This document shows, in pieces, positions 1 through 13,900 of a stretch of DNA of 64,000 nt. The stretch covers positions 25,050,001 through 25,114,000 of the forward strand of contig OZ076409.1 in NCBI GenBank assembly GCA_964187785.1, written 5' to 3'. Made by a program: the position numbers and the translations under genes. How positions within the stretch are numbered: the stretch's first letter is position 1; every line of letters starts with the position of its first letter. Source of the stretch: Amphiscolops sp. MND2022 (taxonomy: Eukaryota). The notes beneath the pieces were generated by a model, which saw only the letters and a program-made list of their open reading frames with translations, did not search any database and was not told where the DNA came from.

Positions 1-3000
1 TACTTTAGTGTACTTCCATAGGGGATAAGTTCTGTCGGTTTGAAAAATTGTTGATTATGTCCAGCATTTTGGTTTTTTATTTTTCTTAAACTCAAAATGA
101 CTCACTTTAGTGTACTTCCATAGGTGATAAGTTCTGTCGTTTCTAAAAATTGTTGAATATTTCCAGCATTTTAACTTTTCAATTGTCTTTAACTCTCAAA
201 ATGGCTTACTTTAGCGTACTTCCATAGGGGATAAATTCTCTCGGTTTGAAAAATTGTTGATTATTTCTAGCATTTTAAATTTTCAAAAGTCTTTAACTCT
301 CAAAATGGCTTACTTTAGTGTACTTCCATAGAGGATAAGTTCTGTCGTTTTGAAAAATTGTTGATTAGGTCCAGCATTTTAGTTTTTTTCGTCTTTAACT
401 CTCAAAATGGCTTACTTTAGTGTACTTCTCTATGGAATAAGTTCTGTCGGTTTGAAAAATTGTTGATTATTTCCTGCATTTTAGCTTTTCAAATGTCTTT
501 AACTCTCAAAATGGCTTACTTCAGTATACTTCCATAGGGGATAAGTTCTGTCGGTTGGAAAAATTGTTGATTATGTCCAGCATTTTGGTTTTTTATTATT
601 CTTTAACTCTCAAAATGACTCACTTTAGTGTAATTCCAAAGGTGATAAGTTCTGTCGTTTCTAAAACTTGTTGAATATTTCCAGCATTTTAACTTTTCAA
701 TTGTCTTTAACTCTCAAAATGGCTGACATTACTGTACTTCCATAGGGGATAAGTTCTCTCGGTTTGAAAAATTGTTGATTATTTCAAGCATTTTAGGTTT
801 TTATTTGTCTTTAACTCTCAAAATGGCTTACTTTAGTGTACTTCCATAGGAGATAAGTTCTCTCGGTTTGAAAAATTCTTGAGTATTTCCTGCATTTTAG
901 CTTTTCAAATGTCATTAACTCTCAAAATGGCTTACTTCAGCATACTTCCATAGGGGATAAGTTCTGTCGGTTTGAAAAATTGTTGATTATGTCCAGCATT
1001 TTGGTTTTTTATTTTTCTTTAACTCAAAATGACTCACTTTAGTGTACTTCCATAGGTGATAAGTTCTGTCGTTTCTAGAAATTGTTGAGTGTTTCCAGCA
1101 TTTTAACTTTTCAATTGTCTTTAACTCTCAAAATGGCTTATTTTAGCGTACTTCCATAGGGGATAAATTTTCTCGGTTCGAAAAATTGTTGAATATTTCT
1201 AGCATTTTAACTTTTCAAATTTCAAAAGTCTTTAACTCTCAAAATAGCTTACTTTAGTGTACTTCCATAGGGGATAAGTTCTGTCGGTTTGAAAAATTGT
1301 TGATTATGTCCAGCATTTTGGTTTTTTTTATTTTTCTTTAACTCTCAAAATGACTCACTTTAGTGTATTTCCATAGGTGATAAGTTCTGTCGTTTCTAAA
1401 ATTGTTGATTATTTCTAGCATTTTAACTTTTCAGAAGTCTTTGACTCTCAATATGGCTTACTTTAGTGTACTTCCATAGGGGATAAGTTCTGTCGGTTTG
1501 AAAAATTGTTGATTATGTCCAGCATTTTGGTTTTTTATTTTTCCTAAACTCAAAATGACTCACTTTAGTGTACTTCCATAGGTGATAAGTTCTGTCGTTT
1601 CTAAAAATTGTTGAATATTTCCAGCATTTTAACTTTTCAATTGTCTTTAACTCTCAAAATGGCTTACTTTAGCGTACTTCCATAGGGGATAAATTCTCTC
1701 GGTTTGAAAAATTGTTGATTATTTCTAGCATTTTAAATTTTCAAAAGTCTTTAACTCTCAAAATGGCTTACTTTAGTGTACTTCCATAGAGGATAAGTTC
1801 TGTCGTTTTGAAAAATTGTTGATTAGGTCCAGCATTTTAGTTTTTTTTCGTCTTTAACTCTCAAAATGGCTTACTTTAGTGTACTTCTCTATGGAATAAG
1901 TTCTGTCGGTTTGAAAAATTGTTGATTATTTCCTGCATTTTAGCTTTTCAAATGTCTTTAACTCTCAAAATGGCTTACTTCAGTATACTTCCATAGGGGA
2001 TAAGTTCTGTCGGTTTGAAAAATTGTTGATTATGTCCAGCATTTTGGTTTTTTATTTTTCCTAAACTCAAAATGACTCACTTTAGTGTACTTCCATAGGT
2101 GATAAGTTCTGTCGTTTCTAAAAATTGTTGAATATTTCCAGCATTTTAACTTTTCAATTGTCTTTAACTCTCAAAATGGCTTACTTCAGTATACTTCCAT
2201 AGGGGATAAGTTCTGTTGGTTTGAAAAATTGTTGATTATGTCCAGCATTTTGGTTTTTTATTTTTCTTTAACTCAAAATGACTCACTTTAGTGTACTTCC
2301 ATAGGTGATAAGTTCTGTCGTTTCTAGAAATTGTTGAATATTTCCAGCATTTTAACTTTTCAATTGTCTTTAACTCTCAAAATGGTTTATTTTAGCGTAC
2401 TTCCATAGGGGATAAATTTTCTCGGTTTGAAAAATTGTTGAATATTTCTAGCATTTTAACTTTTCAAATTTCAAAAGTCTTTAACTCTCAAAATAGCTTA
2501 CTTTAGTGTACTTCCATAGGGGATAAGTTCTGTCGGTTTGAAAAATTGTTGATTATGTCCAGCATTTTGGTTTTTTTATTTTTCTTTAACTCTCAAAATG
2601 ACTCTAGTGTATTTCCATAGGTGATAAGTTCTGTCGTTTCTAAAAATTGTTGATTATTTCTAGCATTTTAACTTTTCAATTGTCTTTAACTCTCAAAATG
2701 GCTTACTTTAGCGTACTTCCATAGGGGATAAATTCTCTCGGTTTGAAAAATTGTTGATTATTTCTAGCATTTTAAATTTTCAAAAGTCTTTAACTCTCAA
2801 AATGGCTTACTTCAGTATACTTCCATAGGGGATAAGTTCTGTCGGTTGGAAAAATTGTTGATTATGTCCAGCATTTTGGTTTTTTATTATTCTTTAACTC
2901 TCAAAATGACTCACTTTAGTGTAATTCCAAAGGTGATAAGTTCTGTCGTTTCTAAAACTTGTTGAATATTTCCAGCATTTTAACTTTTCAATTGTCTTTA

Positions 3001-6000
3001 ACTCTCAAAATGGCTTACATTACTGTACTTCCATAGGGGATAAGTTCTCTCGGTTTGAAAAATTGTTGATTATTTCAAGCATTTTAGGTTTTTATTTGTC
3101 TTTAACTCTCAAAATGGCTTACTTTAGTGTACTTCCATAGGAGATAAGTTCTCTCGGTTTGAAAAATTCTTGAGTATTTCCTGCATTTTAGCTTTTCAAA
3201 TGTCATTAACTCTCAAAATGGCTTACTTCAGCATACTTCCATAGGGGATAAGTTCTGTCGGTTTGAAAAATTGTTGATTATGTCCAGCATTTTGGTTTTT
3301 TATTTTTCTTTAACTCAAAATGACTCACTTTAGTGTACTTCCATAGGTGATAAGTTCTGTCGTTTCTAGAAATTGTTGAATATTTCCAGCATTTTAACTT
3401 TTCAATTGTCTTTAACTCTCAAAATGGCTTATTTTAGCGTACTTCCATAGGGGATAAATTTTCTCGGTTTGAAAAATTGTTGAATATTTCTAGCATTTTA
3501 ACTTTTCAAATTTCAAAAGTCTTTAACTCTCAAAATAGCTTACTTTAGTGTACTTCCATAGGGGATAAGTTCTGTCGGTTTGAAAAATTGTTGATTATGT
3601 CCAGCATTTTGGTTTTTTTTATTTTTCTTTAACTCTCAAAATGACTCACTTTAGTGTATTTCCATAGGTGATAAGTTCTGTCGTTTCTAAAAATTGTTGA
3701 TTATTTCTAGCATTTTAACTTTTCAGAAGTCTTTGACTCTCAATATGGCTTACTTTAGTGTACTTCCATAGGGGATAAGTTCTGTCGGTTTGAAAAATTG
3801 TTGATTATGTCCAGCATTTTGGTTTTTTATTTTTCCTAAACTCAAAATGACTCACTTTAGTGTACTTCCATAGGTGATAAGTTCTGTCGTTTCTAAAAAT
3901 TGTTGAATATTTCCAGCATTTTAACTTTTCAATTGTCTTTAACTCTCAAAATGGCTTACTTTAGCGTACTTCCATAGGGGATAAATTCTCTCGGTTTGAA
4001 AAATTGTTGATTATTTCTAGCATTTTAAATTTTCAAAAGTCTTTAACTCTCAAAATGGCTTACTTTAGTGTACTTCCATAGAGGATAAGTTCTGTCGTTT
4101 TGAAAAATTGTTGATTAGGTCCAGCATTTTAGTTTTTTTCGTCTTTAACTCTCAAAATGGCTTACTTTAGTGTACTTCTCTATGGAATAAGTTCTGTCGG
4201 TTTGAAAAATTGTTGATTATTTCCTGCATTTTAGCTTTTCAAATGTCTTTAACTCTCAAAATGGCTTACTTCAGTATACTTCCATAGGGGATAAGTTCTG
4301 TCGGTTGGAAAAATTGTTGATTATGTCCAGCATTTTGGTTTTTTATTATTCCTTAACTCTCAAAATGACTCACTTTAGTGTAATTCCAAAGGTGATAAGT
4401 TCTGTCGTTTCTAAAAATTGTTGAATATTTCCAGCATTTTAACTTTTCAATTGTCTTTAACTCTCAAAATGGCTTACATTACTGTACTTCCATAGGGGAT
4501 AAGTTCTCTCGGTTTGAAAAATTGTTGATTATTTCAAGCATTTTAGGTTTTTATTTGTCTTTAACTCTCAAAATGGCTTACTTTAGTGTACTTCCATAGG
4601 AGATAAGTTCTCTCGGTTTGAAAAATTCTTGAGTATTTCCTGCATTTTAGCTTTTCAAATGTCATTAACTCTCAAAATGGCTTACTTCAGCATACTTCCA
4701 TAGGAGATAAGTTCTCTCGGTTTGAAAAATTCTTGAGTATTTCCTGCATTTTAGCTTTTCAAATGTCATTAACTCTCAAAATGGCTTACTTTAGCGTACT
4801 TCCATAGGGGATAAATTCTCTCGGTTTGAAAAATTGTTGAATATTTCTAGCATTTTAACATTTCAAATTTCAAAAGTCTTTAACTCTCAAAATAGCTTAC
4901 TTTAGTGTACTTCCATAGGGGATAAGTTCTGTCGGTTTGAAAAATTGTTTATTATGTCCAGCATTTTGGTTTTTTCATTTTTCTTTAACTCTCAAAATGA
5001 CTCACTTTAGTGTATTTCCATAGGTGATAAGTTCTGTCGTTTCTAAAAATTGTTGATTATTTCTAGCATTTTAACTTTTCAGAAGTCTTTGACTCTCAAT
5101 ATGGCTTACTTTAGTGTACTTCCTTAGGGGATAAGTTCTGTCGGTTTGAAAAATTGTTGATTATGTCCAGCATTTTGGTTTTTTATTTTTCTTAAACTCA
5201 AAATGACTCACTTTAGTGTACTTCCATAGGTGATAAGTTCTTTCGTTTCTAAAAATTGTTGAATATTTCCAGCATTTTAACTTTTCAATTGTCTTTAACT
5301 CTCAAAATGGCTTACTTTAGCGTACTTCCATAGGGGATAAATTCTCTCGGTTTGAAAAATTGTTGATTATTTCTAGCATTTTAAATTTTCAAAAGTCTTT
5401 AACTCTCAAAATGGCTTACTTTAGTGTACTTCCATAGAGGATAAGTTCTGTCGTTTTGAAAAATTGTTGATTAGGTCCAGCATTTTAGTTTTTTTCGTCT
5501 TTAACTCTCAAAATGGCTTACTTTAGTGTACTTCTCTATGGAATAAGTTCTGTCGGTTTGAAAAATTGTTGATTATTTCCTGCATTTTAGCTTTTAAATG
5601 TCTTTAACTCTCAAAATGGCTTACTTCAGTATACTTCCATAGGGGATAAGTTCTGTCGGTTGGAAAAATTGTTGATTATGTCCAGCATTTTGGTTTTTTA
5701 TTTTTCTTTAACTCTTTAAAATGACTCACTTTAGTGTAATTCCAAAGGTGATAAAATCTGTCGTTTCTAAAAATTGTTGAATATTTCCAGCATTTTAACT
5801 TTTCAATTGTCTTTAACTAACTATCAAAATGGCTTACATTACTGTACTTCCATAGGGGATAAGTTCTCTCGGTCTGGAAAATTGTTGATTATTTCAAGCA
5901 TTTTAGGTTTTTATTTGTCTTTAACTCTCAAAATGGCTTACTTTAGTGTACTTCCATAGGAGAGAAGTTCTCTCGGTTTGAAAAATTCTTGATTATTTCC

Positions 6001-8425
6001 TGCATTTTAGCTTTTCAAATGTCATTAACTCTCAAAATGGCTTACTTCAGCATACTTCCATAGGGGATAAGTTCTGTCGGTTTGAAAAATTGTTGATTAT
6101 GTCCAGCATTTTGGTTTTTTATTTTTCTTTAACTCAAAATGACTCACTTTAGTGTACTTCCATAGGTGATAAGTTCTTTCGTTTCTAGAAATTGTTGAAT
6201 ATTTGCAGCATTTTAACTTTTCAATTGTCTTTAACTCTCAAAATGGCTTACTTTAGCGTACTTCCATAGGGGAAAAATTCTCTCGGTTTGAAAAATTGTT
6301 GAATATTTCTAGCATTTTAACTTTTCAAATTTCAAAAGTCTTTAACTCTCAAAATAGCTTACTTTAGTGTACTTCCATAGGGGATAAGTTCTGTCGGTTT
6401 GAAAAATTGTTGATTATGTCCAGCATTTTGTTTTTTTTATTTTTCTTTAACTTTCAAAATGACTCACTTTAGTGTATTTCCATAGGTGATAAGTTCTGTC
6501 GTTTCTAAAAATTGTTGAATATTTCTAGCATTTTAACTTTTCAGAAGTCTTTGACTCTCAATATGGCTTACTTTAGTGTACTTCCACAGGGGATAAGTTC
6601 TGTCGGTTTGAAAAATTGTTGATTATGTCCAGCATTTTAAATTTTCAAAAGTCTTTAACTCTCAAAATGGCTTACTTTAGTGTACTTCCATCGGAGATAA
6701 GTTCTCTCGGTTTGAAAAATTCTTGAATATTTCCTGCATTTTAGCTTTTCAAATGTCTTTAACTCTCAAAATGGCTGACTTCAGTATACTTCCATAGGGG
6801 ATAAGTTCTGTCGGTTTGAAAAATTGTTGATTATGTTCAGCATTTTGGTTTTTTATTTTTCTTTAACTCAAATGGCTTACTTCAGTGTACTTCCATAGGG
6901 GATAAGTTCTCTCGGTTTGAAAAATTGTTGATTCTTTGCAGCATTTTAACTTTTCAAATGTCTTTAACTCTCAAAATGGCTTACTTCAGTGTACTTCCAT
7001 AGAGGATAAGTTCTGTCGGTTTGAAAAATTGTTGATTAGGTCCAGCATTTTAGTTTTTTATTTGTCTTTAACTCTCAAAATGGCTTACTTTAGTGTACTT
7101 CTATATGGAATAAGTTCTGTCGGTTTGAAAAATTGTTGTTTATTTCCTGCATTTTAGCTTTTCAAATGTCTTTAACTCCCAAAATGGCTTACTTCAGTAT
7201 ACTTCCATAGGGGATAAGTTCTGTCGGTTGGAAAAATTGTTGAATATGTCCTGCATTTTGGTTTTTTATTTTTCTTTAACTCAAAATGACTCACTTTAGT
7301 GTAATTCCAAAGGTGATAAGTTCTGTCGTTTCTAAAAATTGTTGAATATTTCCAGCATTTTAACTTTTCAATTGTCTCTAACTCTCAAAATGGCCTACTT
7401 TAGTGAACTTCCATAGGTGATAAGTTCTGTCGTTTCTGAAAATTGTTGAATATTTCCAGCATTTTAACTTTTCAATTGTCTTTAACTCTCAAAATGACTC
7501 ACTTTAGTGAACTTCCATAGGTGATAAGTTCTGTCGTTTCTGAAAATTCTTGAATATTTCCAGCATTTTAACTTTTCAATTGTCTTTAACTCTCAAAATG
7601 GCTTACTTTAGTGTACTTCCATAGGGGATAAGTTCTCTCGGTTTGAAAAATTGTTGATTATGTCAAGCATTTTAGGTTTTTTCTTTGTCTTTAACTCTCA
7701 AAATGGCTTACTTTAGTGTACTTCCATCGGAGATAAGTTCTCTCGGTTTGAAAAATTCTTGAATATTTCCTGCATTTTAGCTTTTCAAATGTCTTTAACT
7801 CTCAAAATGGCTGACTTCAGTATACTTCCATAGGGGATAAGTTCTGTCGGTTTGAAAAATTGTTGATTATGTCCAGCATTTTGGTTTTTTATTATTCTTT
7901 AACTCTCAAAATGACTCACTTTAGTGTAATTCCAAAGGTGATAAGTTCTGTCGTTTCTAAAACTTGTTGAATATTTCCAGCATTTTAACTTTTCAATTGT
8001 CTTTAACTCTCAAAATGGCTTACATTACTGTACTTCCATAGGGGATAAGTTCTCTCGGTTTGAAAAATTGTTGATTATTTCAAGCATTTTAGGTTTTTAT
8101 TTGTCTTTAACTCTCAAAATAGCTTACTTTAGTGTACTTCCATAGGGGATAAGTTCTGTCGGTTTGAAAAATTGTTTATTATGTCCAGCATTTTGGTTTT
8201 TTCATTTTTCTTTAACTCTCAAAATGACTCACTTTAGTGTATTTCCATAGGTGATAAGTTCTGTCGTTTCTAGAAATTGTTGAATATTTCCAGCATTTTA
8301 ACTTTTCAATTGTCTTTAACTCTCAAAATGGCTTACTTTTGTGTACTTCCATAGGGGATAAGTTCTCTCGGTTTGAAAAATTGGTGATTATATCCAGCAT
8401 TTTAGTTTTTTAAATGTCTAACTCC
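1..8425. repeat. Tandem satellite, ~104-bp monomer (~80 copies), with ~14-mer (~1.46 kb) higher-order repeat; begins before the window
   Basis: Monomer starts (t/c)actttag(t/c)gtacttccatagg at 1, 103, 207, 311 and so on. The variant order seen from position 1 recurs at 1459 and 3751. Confidence 0.98.
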
Positions 8426-8638
8426 AAAGGTATTCGTTTCGAGTAATTTTTTAAGGGACCTGCTATGTTCGATTGAAAAAATATCGCTTATTTGCGGCAT
8501 TTTGGTGAATAGTTTGTCTTTGTCTTATAAAATGGTTTTATTTAGTATTTTTCAGTTTTTATTGATTATTCTTTCGGTTCCTTGTGCAAATTTTGTCTTC
8601 CTCTGATTTGCTATTTGGTAATTTCACTACTCCCATGA

Positions 8639-8927
8639 TGTAGACACAATGTACTGGGTAAGACGGGCCTAACCCAGCCTGCACAGCACGAGTGTCTACT
8701 GGGTTCTTAGTATTGGTTGACCTCTCTTGAAGCAGGTAGACCGTTACAGCTCTACTCTTCAAGAATCGGGTTGAGGTTAACCCTAGACTCCAGTAGACAC
8801 TCAAAATCTCTTGCACAAGTACTGATTCGATTCGATTCCAATGTTCACTTTTCTTCCCTCTTCGATTTAAATACCTCTACACTGACTAGATGGCGGTATC
8901 ACATGTAAATTGTACAATTTCTCTACG
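8639..8927. mobile_element. Possible solo LTR
   Basis: GC-richer island bounded by tgtagac...ttctctacg, with ends similar to 42105-42941. No clean TSD. Confidence 0.25.
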
Positions 8928-10151
8928 CGGTATGGAATTATTGCAATATTGTTTTAATCAATTGTTCTTGAAATTAACTAGCTTGCTCCGTCATTATTTT
9001 TTACTTTTGCTGACTTCTCTTTTGTCTTGGAAATAGTTTTTCTGGCTATCGTTTTTTTGCTTCTGAAAGGGTTTAAAAGCAGAAATAATCGTGTGCCCCG
9101 GAGGGGCCTATTTTCAGAATAGGACAAAGCAGGCGATTTTAAAACAGTACAAAATCGCCGATTGGTAAAAATGAAAATAACCGATTTTGTCAATGCGTAA
9201 GATTAGCCGTTGTTACGTTCCAATCTAGAGATAGAAACTTTAAATTATTTCAAGTGGAGTCAATTTTCGGGATTTTAGTATATTTTGGAGAATTAAATGA
9301 TCGAAAATAGCTAAAAACATCACTTTTCAAGAATGGTAAAAATCGTTTTCCTCCTAATTTCGAATATTTTAAAGAAACCTTAATCGAAAGCCTATGATAT
9401 GTAGATTGAATCATGTGAATGTATTGTGAATTGTTTTGAAATATCTTGATTTCCTGAAAAGTACTGGTGCTCTAAAATTGGAAGTTTTGAAGAAAAAGCT
9501 TTCCGAAAAACCTCATTTTGAGCCAACAAACTTTCGTCTAGCAGTCAATTATCAAGAAAGCATAAGTACTACTTCTTTCAACACATTCAAGAGTTCTGTT
9601 AAACAAATTTTCGAAAGTTTCTGGACGTATTTTCTCTCCAGGAGGGAAATTGTGTCAAACGATTTACAATTTTGACAGATTCCGAAGTGCTTTAATTTTT
9701 TAAACCTGTAATGAGACACGTTGCAAGTATAACTGAAGCGTGAGATGCTATTCGCCCTGTAGCCATGATTGTTTTGCAAAATACAGGACATCGGCCTCTT
9801 TCTTCAAAAGGTCATTCAATATTTCTAGCTTTTAGTGCTATTAACGCTCAACTGTCTGTCTGTCGAACCTTCTTCAATGGGCACTAAATTGGCATTTGTT
9901 GAATTTACTCCTAGTTTTTATGACGATCTCCAGTAATCGTCTGTCCTAATACTGACCAGCAGTTTGAATGGGCCTGTAATTCAAGGGGAAGAATGGATTG
10001 TGAAAGCATTTCCAGTAAATTGTTGGTTAAAATTATAGTTGTTACACATGTACGTTAAGAAACGAATTAACCAAAATTAGTGCTCTCAAGTTCCAGATCG
10101 AGAACACACTCGTCCATTTTTGTTCAATTGTCTGAACGAAAACTTTATTTA

Positions 10152-10281
10152 GGGAGACAGGAATAAGATCTAATGGAATAAGATCTGACGCTTTGTGATT
10201 GGTGGAGAACACCCCATCCATGTCAATTGTAGAGTTTTGATTGGTTTAGATCTTATTCCGTTAGATCTTATTCTGCTTTCC
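10152..10281. mobile_element. Small MITE (~130 bp) with terminal inverted repeats
   Basis: Left gggagacaggaataagatctaatggaataagatct; right agatcttattccgttagatcttattctgctttcc is its near reverse complement. TSD unclear. Confidence 0.75.
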
Positions 10282-11149
10282 ACTTCGAATTCCCCACAGG
10301 AGAGCTATAATAATTTTTCATGTGTCAAATTGAGGGTGAAAAGTTGCGTTCAGTGCGTTCAGTTACCTCCACAACTAAACATGGAAATATGTTCCGATAA
10401 GCTTTCTTTAAACTCCTTTTCCACCGAACACAGCTTTTCTCATGTTTTTGTTAAACAGAGTTTCAAATTTGATATTGATATATTGTGACGACTCAAGTTT
10501 GCTTTATGGAATGCCTTGTTGTTTTCAATGCCCTGTTCGACTTTATCTGCGGTTGAAATGAGAGTTCCAGTAATTCCGTTCGGTAGTATAGCTTGACAGT
10601 GGATATGACTTAGAATTAAAGTGTTTCAAAGAAGAAATTTGTTTCTCGGGCAGTGTTTCTGTCAGTGTATATAGTTTTGATGCCACATGCCATTTATCGT
10701 ATATTTTTAACTTGTTGGTTGAATTTGTATGAATTTGTTCAGATCTGTAGAGGGATTTTTAGTTTATCCTGTTGCTTTTTGGTTTTTCGAACAGATGACG
10801 TTTGAAAGTTTTCAGTTTTTCCTTGAAGACGTCTTTTTAACAGTACACGAAAAACATCGCAGTGCCACTGCGCCTTTGGTCAGAGTTAATATAGTGCCTT
10901 GACATGCGAAAATAATGTTTTTTTGTAGTACCTCTTCATTCCTATCGAAAGTATCATCGGCACAATGTACTAATTTTGAGGTTGATACCATAGTATATAG
11001 TATAAAAACAAGACGCCCGCTGACCAGCAGGATATTTTCCGTCCGACCTGTTCTAGCAATGACGTATTTTTGAGACTCAAGAGTAGCCATTGCACTATGA
11101 AAACGCATAGATGATGGAAAAAGGTCTGACACTACTCGAATAATGTCAT

Positions 11150-13900
11150 ACCATTTCAGAAAGAAACACTTCAAGAACACATCAAACACCTATTTGTTTT
11201 TTGTTGGCTTGTGTGTATACCAAAACCTAACAATCAATTTTTTAAATAATTTTGCGCGAAATCGAGAGAAACGTCAAAATTGGAAATTTTTGCTTTTTCG
11301 ACAACTTTTCGGTCAATTGAATAACTTTTCTAAGAAACTGTAGATGTCTTTTTAAGAACGCCTATTGGATAACGGGTCCAGTCGTTCTTTAATTACAAAA
11401 TTGCTCGTAAGGTTTTCAAAATAGTATAACAACGTTTTGAAAAATGATTTTTCACTTCTTTCAAGTCGTTCTGACGAACGTTTTACATACAAAATTGTGA
11501 ATTTTTTTGAACAATCTGCATGCTTTTTTTAATAAAAAAATAGACTTTTTGCACATGACGAAGTCAATGTGCATTGCAGTCCAGCTAAGTAAGTTTTTTT
11601 CAACTATAGTCAACTTCATAATGGACGCCTTTTAGAAAAAAGCCAAAACCCCAGAGAGATTCGAACCTGCAGCCTCCCGATTGCGCGGCATAAGTGTTGA
11701 CCACTGTGCCATTGGGTCGTTATTGAACAAAGTTGAACTGTTGAATATATACGCATGCGATTAAAATAATATATATACGCATATTAAAATAATCGATGTC
11801 TTCGTCATGTGTTGCGAAGCACCGCTTCGCCTCTGTGTTGAATATTACGAAATTTTGAGAACTTAATAAAATTAATTTGTCAAACAAATTTTTGGGGTCA
11901 TTTAGGCTCTGAACTAACGTGAAACTGCAATTAACCTTCAAAATGCCTACTTAATAACGCATTCGTTCACTGTTGAACGTTTTCATTCTTCCAGCGATTG
12001 AAACTTCTCAAAAAATTCAGAACTTTGATAAGAAACGTTGGATTTGGATTATTTCACTTCCGACTCATCAGGGTCATTTTTGACATGGGTTTGAAGCAAA
12101 ATACTACAACACCCCACTTCAAAATAGCATACTGCATAGCTAGTTTGTTCGGTTTTGAGTGTTTTGAGTTTCCTTAGTCACAAAAACTTTCAAAAATTGT
12201 ACACAAATTGCAGCAACAGCGACAAACTGGAAAGATTTGTTTCGATATTTTGGGGGTGAAAGAGGTATATTTCCTCTGCTGACTTGCATTTTTTCAAAAA
12301 GTGTACTGGACAATTTTTCGAATGCTAGTTCAATGTTTATATGTTTTAATTTACGAAATCTTTCGAAATTCCGAAAAAAGGATTGAAAATGTCATAACTT
12401 TTGAAAACTTTTGACTTTTTGGTTATTTTAGGGTCATTTTGAGACTTTCCGATTATGAAACTGCGATTGATTCTCAAAAAGTCTACTCTACGTTGAGTTT
12501 GTTTGCTGTTGAATGTTTTCACTATTCTAATATACGAAATTTAATATACGAAATTTACGAAACTCCCAATATAATTGGTTTTTCGGAAAAATTTTTGGAT
12601 TTTCGACTCATTTGGGTCATTCTGAGATAATGTTCTACCTAGTAAACTACAAAGTTTTACTTCAAAAGGTGTACTGTATAGCTTGATAAATCATTTATAG
12701 CTTCAGGACCATATAGTTCCTCAAACAATCACTAAAATTGTCAAAAGAAGGAAACTTTCGAAACTTTTGGTTCAGTTTGGGACATTTTCCAAACACAAAT
12801 CAGCTAATACTTGCCTCAAAGGCCAACTGGATATCAACTGCATTTGTTGTTGGACCATTCTTATATTTGAACCCTCGAAACGTTTCGAACATTCACAGAC
12901 TTTGCACAAAAACGTTTGAAATTTCAATTCTAGTTTCCGACTGACTGGTGTCGTTTTGAAGTTTCTGATGTAAAGAAGAAATTTAAAAAAAGACACTAGG
13001 TGCCTAATTCGTTCGCTTCTAACTGTTTTGAACCTTCTAACTCACAAAATTTCTCAGAAGTTGTATTGAAATAACATGAAGAATCTTCATAAACTGGAAA
13101 CTTCCGGCCTTTTCGACAATTTTTGTATCAAATTAAAGCTCATTTTTATCAGAAACCGGAACTTATCCCATCAAAAAGCCTCTTGGAGAACGCATTCAGT
13201 TACTGTTGAACAGTTTTAGAGTTCTAAGCTATCAGAACGTTGAAAATTTTACAAATATTGCATTTGAAAATCGAAAATTGTAAAAAAAGGATCTTTTGTC
13301 TATTTTGGAGTAACTGTGGCCTTTTATGTACAAAACTGCATTTATCTCCCCAAACAACCCTACTGGACAACGAAATCGTTCGTTGTTGACCGTTTTCAAC
13401 GTTCTGATTGATGAAATTCCTGAAATTTCGACAAAAATTGCATAAATTGGAAAATCGGTTTATTTTGGAGTTTTTGTCATTTTCCGTAACATTTTGAGCA
13501 TTTTTTTGTTAGAAAACTTAACAAAAGCCTCCCAGACAATTTCGTTCCTTGTTGAACGTCTTCAACATTCTGAGCCACCAGGTCTTTCGAAAAATAGACA
13601 AAAATTGCATGAAATCTTTGAAAATCTGAATTTTTTGGGATTTTCGTCAAATTCGGTCTCAATTTGAGGTTTTTTCTCATTGGAAAATTGCTTTTATTTC
13701 TTCGAAAAAGCCTCTTGTACGACGAAGTTTTTCCGTTTCGAACGTTTTCAACAATCTAAGCCACAAAATCTATCGAAAGTTTGACAAAAATTGCATTAAT
13801 ACGTCAAAAATCGGGAAGTTTTGAAGTTTTTATTTTTGGGGTCATTCTGAGGTCAACCAGAAAAAGTCCGAAAATCTCTTCAAATACATACCGAATGATC
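11150..13900. repeat. Old, highly diverged tandem array with ~175-180-bp period
   Basis: A motif like aaaaagcc(t)actgga..cg...gttcg.tgttgaacgttttcaac...gacaaaaattgcat recurs near 11940, 12120, 12295, 12475, 12660, 12815, 12990, 13170, 13350, 13525 and 13705. Confidence 0.7.
11647..11718 (-). pseudogene. tRNA-derived sequence (SINE head or pseudo-tRNA)
   Basis: Minus strand reads GACCCAATGGCACAGTGG...GCAGGTTCGAATCTCTCTGGGG: A box, B box and partial acceptor stem; the anticodon arm is poor. Confidence 0.65.

Noticed and set aside
1..8425. CRISPR array or coding repeat
   Set aside because: Whole monomers repeat with no unique spacers, there are no cas genes, the context is eukaryotic, and the ORFs at 5774 and 6936 are chance read-throughs.
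11647..11718. Functional tRNA gene (also 31068-31138)
   Set aside because: The stems do not pair into a full cloverleaf, so it is kept only as tRNA-derived.
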